Assembly (NCBI GenBank): GCA_963703315.1
Contig: OY969811.1
Location: 4,096,001 to 4,160,000, forward strand
Length of the DNA: 64,000 bases
Origin: an uncultured cyanobacterium
GTDB taxonomy: Bacteria; Cyanobacteriota; Cyanobacteriia; Pseudanabaenales; Pseudanabaenaceae
Reading direction: 5' to 3'
The notes beneath the pieces were generated by a model, which saw only the letters and a list, made by a program, of their open reading frames with translations, was not told where the DNA came from and did no database searches. How positions within the stretch are numbered: position 1 is the stretch's first letter; the number at the start of each line of letters is the position of its first letter. Made by a program: the position numbers and the translations under genes. Below are positions 59,417 to 64,000 of this stretch, in pieces.

Positions 59417-60904
59417 CTAGTCGATCTCGTTCGCAAAAACTGCCGTGATCGCCTGTTTCGCATCGGTGCGAAATTCCATAACATTCACACGGCTCAGGAA
59501 AAATACTGCTAGTAGCATTACTGCGGCTTCACAGATAAATACAAAGCTATAGGCAAAGGTACTGGACTCGCTACATATCTTTTTGCCAATATCTAGCACT
59601 ACGCCGCCTGAGACAGTGGCAAGACCTCTGGCGATCGCTTGAGATAGTCCCCAAGCACCGATAAAGGTTCCCGCAGTTTCTGCCGCCGTGAGGTCAAGCA
59701 TCAAACTCAAAGCTCCTGAAGTGGTAATTCCAGAAGCAAATCCAAATAGAGTTAAAGCAGCTTGTAAGACTGGAATTTTTTGGGTAAATCCTGCAATTAA
59801 TAATAAGGCACAACTACCCGCAACTAAGTAACAACCTAGTTTGGTGGAATTTTGCTTGCCAAGGCGCGGCACAATCAGGAATCCTGAAGAACTCAACCCA
59901 ATTAAGGTTCCTGTGCCAAAAGCGGCGTTAAGCTGTGTGGTTTTGCAAATGCTCATCCCAAATACAGCACCGCCAAAGGGTTCCATAATTGCATCTTGCA
60001 TGAAAATGCCAATGGTCATCATTAACAAGAATGAGAAGAATAAACCTGTTTGTTTGCTTGCCGTCAATACCCGTAAAGCTTTGCCAAGACTAAGTTTATC
60101 CTCTGTAGCGGTGGTTCCATTGAGAATGTGATTTTCAGCAACGCGCAACTTATAACGAGAATACTTCTGCTCAATGCCATAGGTAGCAAACAGAGATAAA
60201 CCAACTACCGCCGCAGGAATGACTATGAAGACAAAATTAAGTGTTTTTTGTAACTGGGCAAGGCGATCGCCATCAGCATAAATAGAAATATTACTAGGCG
60301 GTGCTTCTGAACATTGCAACAGCTTAGAAACCACGATTGCACCAATCACAATCCCCACCATCAACATCGACCAGACGATTCCCACTAGTTTAGAGCGATC
60401 CTCTTCGTCGGAAACATCCACTAACATCGCGGCAAAAGGTGTGGAACTCAGGCTAATTGACATTCCATACAGCCCGAACATCGCGCCCAAGGCGATCGCC
60501 CAGCCATAGGTGACACCATTCCAGCCAATCTCATGCACACTGCGTCCCAATTGCCACATGACCTGTGTTGTGAAAAAGGCGATGATCGCGAAGATCACGG
60601 CTCCAATCCAGACATAGCCTGAGCGATGGGTTCCAAATATCGTTTTGGCATCGGAGGTCTGCCCAAACCAAACTCGCGTCGGGGATGACACAAACAGAGG
60701 CAGCGCAATCAGCATAGCAGTTAGGGTAGCAGGAATCGCTAGTTCGTTGATCATCACACGGTTCAGCAGCCCTGCGGTCAGCAAAGACATGATTCCTAAA
60801 CCCATCTGAAATAGACCGATCCGAAACATTTGGATCAGTGGCAGTTTAGGCGGGTGTTGTGGTTGAGACTCATCTAAATCTGCGGTATCGATTTGGTTAT
60901 TCAT
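59417..60904 (-). CDS. BCD/PucC family MFS transporter
   Basis: RIGLFQMGLG, LNRVMINEL, MEPFGG, AGTFIGAWG. Confidence 0.9.
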   Translation of the reverse strand: MNNQIDTADLDESQPQHPPKLPLIQMFRIGLFQMGLGIMSLLTAGLLNRVMINELAIPATLTAMLIALPLFVSSPTRVWFGQTSDAKTIFGTHRSGYVWIGAVIFAIIAFFTTQVMWQLGRSVHEIGWNGVTYGWAIALGAMFGLYGMSISLSSTPFAAMLVDVSDEEDRSKLVGIVWSMLMVGIVIGAIVVSKLLQCSEAPPSNISIYADGDRLAQLQKTLNFVFIVIPAAVVGLSLFATYGIEQKYSRYKLRVAENHILNGTTATEDKLSLGKALRVLTASKQTGLFFSFLLMMTIGIFMQDAIMEPFGGAVFGMSICKTTQLNAAFGTGTLIGLSSSGFLIVPRLGKQNSTKLGCYLVAGSCALLLIAGFTQKIPVLQAALTLFGFASGITTSGALSLMLDLTAAETAGTFIGAWGLSQAIARGLATVSGGVVLDIGKKICSESSTFAYSFVFICEAAVMLLAVFFLSRVNVMEFRTDAKQAITAVFANEID

Positions 60905-61032
60905 CGGTTGAGATTATGCATTAAAAAATCAGTCAAAACGCTATTATCCCAAACTTCCGCAGAATTGCGCTAGCCGATCGCTAAACAAGTTCATAGACTC
61001 GAAATCAATTCTTATGCAATGGGGATAGATCT

Positions 61033-61590
61033 ATGAATTCTTTTATTAATTGTTTATTTAGAAGCTCAAGTCTTTTATTAGCATTAGGTTTAGCCCTTAG
61101 TCTTAGTAAAAACGTTTATGCAGAAAATCTATCGTCTAATATTCAACTAAAACAGCCAATCAAGACTCAAGTTAAACAGACAAAAACTAAGCAAAACCCC
61201 AATACACAATTACTAAACGCTCAATTACTCATAGCTGCTCAAAATGGCAATGCTAAAGAAGTGCGATCGCTAATTTCTCAAGCAACCGATGTTAATGTCC
61301 GTGATGAATATGGTTGGACACCGATTCTATGGGCGGCGATGAATGGACATACGGATGTAGTGCGGGTTTTATTAGCAGCAGGAGCTAATCCGAATACGCG
61401 CAATAAATACGGCTGGACTCCTCTGATGTGGGCAGCAGGTCAAGGCTATGGTGAAATCGTGCGATCGCTGATTGCATCAGGGGCGCGACTAAATGCACAG
61501 GATCGCAATGGTTGGACAGCGATGATGTGGGCATGGGATGGCAATCATCAAGAAACGGTGGCGATTTTACGCAACGTCGCTAAGGATTAA
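61033..61590 (+). CDS. Exported ankyrin repeat protein
   Basis: Signal peptide and GWTPILWAA/GWTPLMWAA/GWTAMMWA repeats. Confidence 0.9.
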   Translation: MNSFINCLFRSSSLLLALGLALSLSKNVYAENLSSNIQLKQPIKTQVKQTKTKQNPNTQLLNAQLLIAAQNGNAKEVRSLISQATDVNVRDEYGWTPILWAAMNGHTDVVRVLLAAGANPNTRNKYGWTPLMWAAGQGYGEIVRSLIASGARLNAQDRNGWTAMMWAWDGNHQETVAILRNVAKD

Positions 61591-61686
61591 CAAGAGCGGC
61601 GCTCTTGTTCGTTGCTATATTCTGCAAAGCCGAGATTTTGTAAATCAAAACAGACTTCGCTGAATGGGGTTTGCGGTGGATGACTT

Positions 61687-61793
61687 CTACAGCCATTTCC
61701 GATCAAACGAACCACAAGAATAAATTTGAAAGCGTTGCTTCGCAACGCTTTCAAATTTATTCTTGGTTCGGGTTTGAGCGCAAAGTGCTGTAA
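61687..61793. repeat. ~107-bp palindromic MITE-like repeat, family B (copy 2)
   Basis: Matches 50083-50190. Confidence 0.75.
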
Positions 61794-62076
61794 CTTAAAT
61801 TCCGTCATTCATTAGGAAGATATTTGAGAAGTTTTTTAGAATCTCCAAATATTTTTAGATAGATATTCTAAACTAGAAACGTAGAAATAATATCTTATAT
61901 TTTTATAGCTATAGCCAGTAATGTTAGGACAAAAACAAAGTCCAATAGAGAGTTGCGCCGCAACTCTCTATTGAGCTTTATGTTATGACTGGAGTGGCTG
62001 TAGCTATAGTCTACTTTTATGAAGTGTTATTTGGAGAATTGTGCAAATCTGTTGTACTTTAAACTTAGATTAACTA

Positions 62077-64000
62077 ATGATGTCCAACAAAACCCCCAAA
62101 CCATTATATATTCTGCTTATTAGCATTCATGGATTGATTAGAGGTCATAATCTAGAATTGGGTCGAGACGCAGATACGGGAGGTCAAACAAAATATGTTG
62201 TGGAATTGGCTAAAGCTCTTGCTAAACAGCCCCATGTAGAGCGCGTTGATTTGGTTACAAGACTGATCATTGATGCTGCTGTCGATGCTGACTATGGCTT
62301 AGAGACGGAATCTTTAGCCGAAAATGCTCAGATCGTGCGGATTGAAGCAGGGTCTGAAGGCTACATTCCTAAAGAAGAATTATGGAGTCATCTGGATGGC
62401 TTTACCGATCGCCTGTTTGCTTGGTTGCTTGAGCAGCCACGTTTGCCTGATGTAATCCACAGCCACTATGCCGACGCGGGATATGTGGGCGTGCGACTTT
62501 CCCATTTAACAGGTTTACCCCTAATCCATACGGGACATTCATTAGGACGGGATAAGATGCGAAGATTGCTGGGGTCAGGAATGCCCCTAGAACAGATCGA
62601 AGAACGCTATCATATGCTCCAGAGGGTCAGTGCTGAAGAAGATACCTTAAGTAATGCGGACTTGGTGATTACTAGCACGCGCAATGAAATTGAAGATCAG
62701 TATGAACTTTACGACTATTACACGCCTGAAAAAATGGCGATCATCCCCCCAGGGACAGATTTAGAGCAGTTCCATCCCCTGACTGATGATCAGAAAGCGA
62801 TCGCTTTTCAAGAGGTTCTCGCCAAGTTTCTCAATAATCCTGAGAAGCCGATTATTTTGGCGTTATCACGCCCCGATCAGCGTAAAAATATCGTTACTCT
62901 TCTGGAAGCCTATGGTCAATCGCCTCGTTTACAAGAATTAGCTAATCTAGTGATTGTGGCAGGTAATCGAGAGGATATTCGGGAACTCAATGAGGGAGCG
63001 CAAAATGTTTTAACAGAATTATTGCTGGTGATGGATTGCTATGATCTGTATGGTTTGGTAGCTTTGCCGAAGCACCATAGTTCTGGTGAAGTTGCCGATA
63101 TTTATCGATTAGCGGCTAAGTTCAAGGGTGTGTTTGTGAATCCTGCTCTCACTGAGCCTTTTGGATTAACATTATTGGAGGCGGCGGCAAGTGGATTGCC
63201 ATTAGTTGCCACCGAAAATGGGGGGCCAGTGGATATTATTGGTAATTGTCAGAATGGATTACTAGTTGATCCTTTGAATGAGAATGCGATCGCCGAGGCT
63301 TTATTGCAGATTCTGGAAGATGCAGATCTATGGCAGCAATTTTCCGAAAATGGATTAAAAAATGTTGCCAAATTCTATTCATGGGAGGCTCACGCTCAAA
63401 CCTATTTGCAAAAAATTCAACCGCTCATATTACAACAGGAACCTTTACCAAAGCCAACATTCTCCGCAAAAGCAGGACAATATCGTAAGCGGGCGATTTT
63501 CACGGCGATCGACAATACCTTATTGGGGGATGCGGAGGCATTGGCGCAATTTATCCAACTTGTCCGCCAACAGCATCGGAGATTTCTATTTGGCATCGCC
63601 ACAGGTCGGCGTTTAGATTCAGTTCTCAAGATTTTAAAAACCTATGGGATTCCCACCCCCAATGTTTTGATTACCAGTTTAGGCACAGAGGTTTATTATC
63701 CTCCTCTATACAATGCGGATATTGCGTGGAATCACCATATCGATCACGGGTGGACACCGCAAGTATTACGGCGTATTATCGATTCCTTACCAGGGATTAC
63801 CCCACAGTCGAAGGATCAGCAGAGTCGGTTTAAGGTTTCCTATTACTACGATGCCAATATTGCCCCGTCAATGGAGGAGATTTTGACCCTAGTGCGTCAA
63901 CAGGAATTGTCTGTGAATACAACGCTCTCCTTTGGTCAATATCTGGACTTTGTGCCTGCCAGAGCCTCTAAGGGGCTTGCTCTTCGCTATGTTGCTAGAC
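62077..64000 (+). CDS. spsA: Bidomain sucrose-phosphate synthase (GT4 + HAD-like), runs off window (not in ORF track)
   Basis: Manual translation gives MMSNKTPKPLYILLISIHGLIRGHNLELGRDADTGGQTKYVVE, HSHYADAG, EPFGLTLLEA, then a HAD-like domain. Confidence 0.93.
   Translation, partial: MMSNKTPKPLYILLISIHGLIRGHNLELGRDADTGGQTKYVVELAKALAKQPHVERVDLVTRLIIDAAVDADYGLETESLAENAQIVRIEAGSEGYIPKEELWSHLDGFTDRLFAWLLEQPRLPDVIHSHYADAGYVGVRLSHLTGLPLIHTGHSLGRDKMRRLLGSGMPLEQIEERYHMLQRVSAEEDTLSNADLVITSTRNEIEDQYELYDYYTPEKMAIIPPGTDLEQFHPLTDDQKAIAFQEVLAKFLNNPEKPIILALSRPDQRKNIVTLLEAYGQSPRLQELANLVIVAGNREDIRELNEGAQNVLTELLLVMDCYDLYGLVALPKHHSSGEVADIYRLAAKFKGVFVNPALTEPFGLTLLEAAASGLPLVATENGGPVDIIGNCQNGLLVDPLNENAIAEALLQILEDADLWQQFSENGLKNVAKFYSWEAHAQTYLQKIQPLILQQEPLPKPTFSAKAGQYRKRAIFTAIDNTLLGDAEALAQFIQLVRQQHRRFLFGIATGRRLDSVLKILKTYGIPTPNVLITSLGTEVYYPPLYNADIAWNHHIDHGWTPQVLRRIIDSLPGITPQSKDQQSRFKVSYYYDANIAPSMEEILTLVRQQELSVNTTLSFGQYLDFVPARASKGLALRYVAR

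Overview
This is a gene-dense cyanobacterial chromosome segment. The HIP1 octamer GCGATCGC is abundant, and the intergenic palindrome style suggests a Pseudanabaena-like organism (inference). Most genes are housekeeping or photosynthesis-related: smpB end, amt, ftsH, S1 protein, psbM, chlP, glyS, two petF, murJ, sbtAB, nadE, ado-aar, rubA-ycf48, plsC, bolA, a PucC-type MFS and the start of a sucrose-phosphate synthase. Toxin-antitoxin genes and remnants, many MITE/REP-like palindromes and a small AT-rich variable region (about 43.7-47.7 kb) are interspersed. The most striking feature is at 51.5-59.4 kb. An ADP-ribose-sensing NrtR regulator is divergent from an operon encoding a PP2C phosphatase, two ADP-ribosylglycohydrolases, a YegI-like kinase, a PD-(D/E)XK-like protein, a nicotinamidase and a vWA protein. 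Two 21-bp NrtR-type operators sit on a near-consensus promoter. This amounts to a TerY-P/YegIKL-like triad linked to NAD+/ADP-ribose metabolism. A second candidate is a pair of CRP boxes near amt-GAF, with a possible CRP-activated sRNA of about 56 nt. All calls come from motif recognition by eye; no database searches were run.
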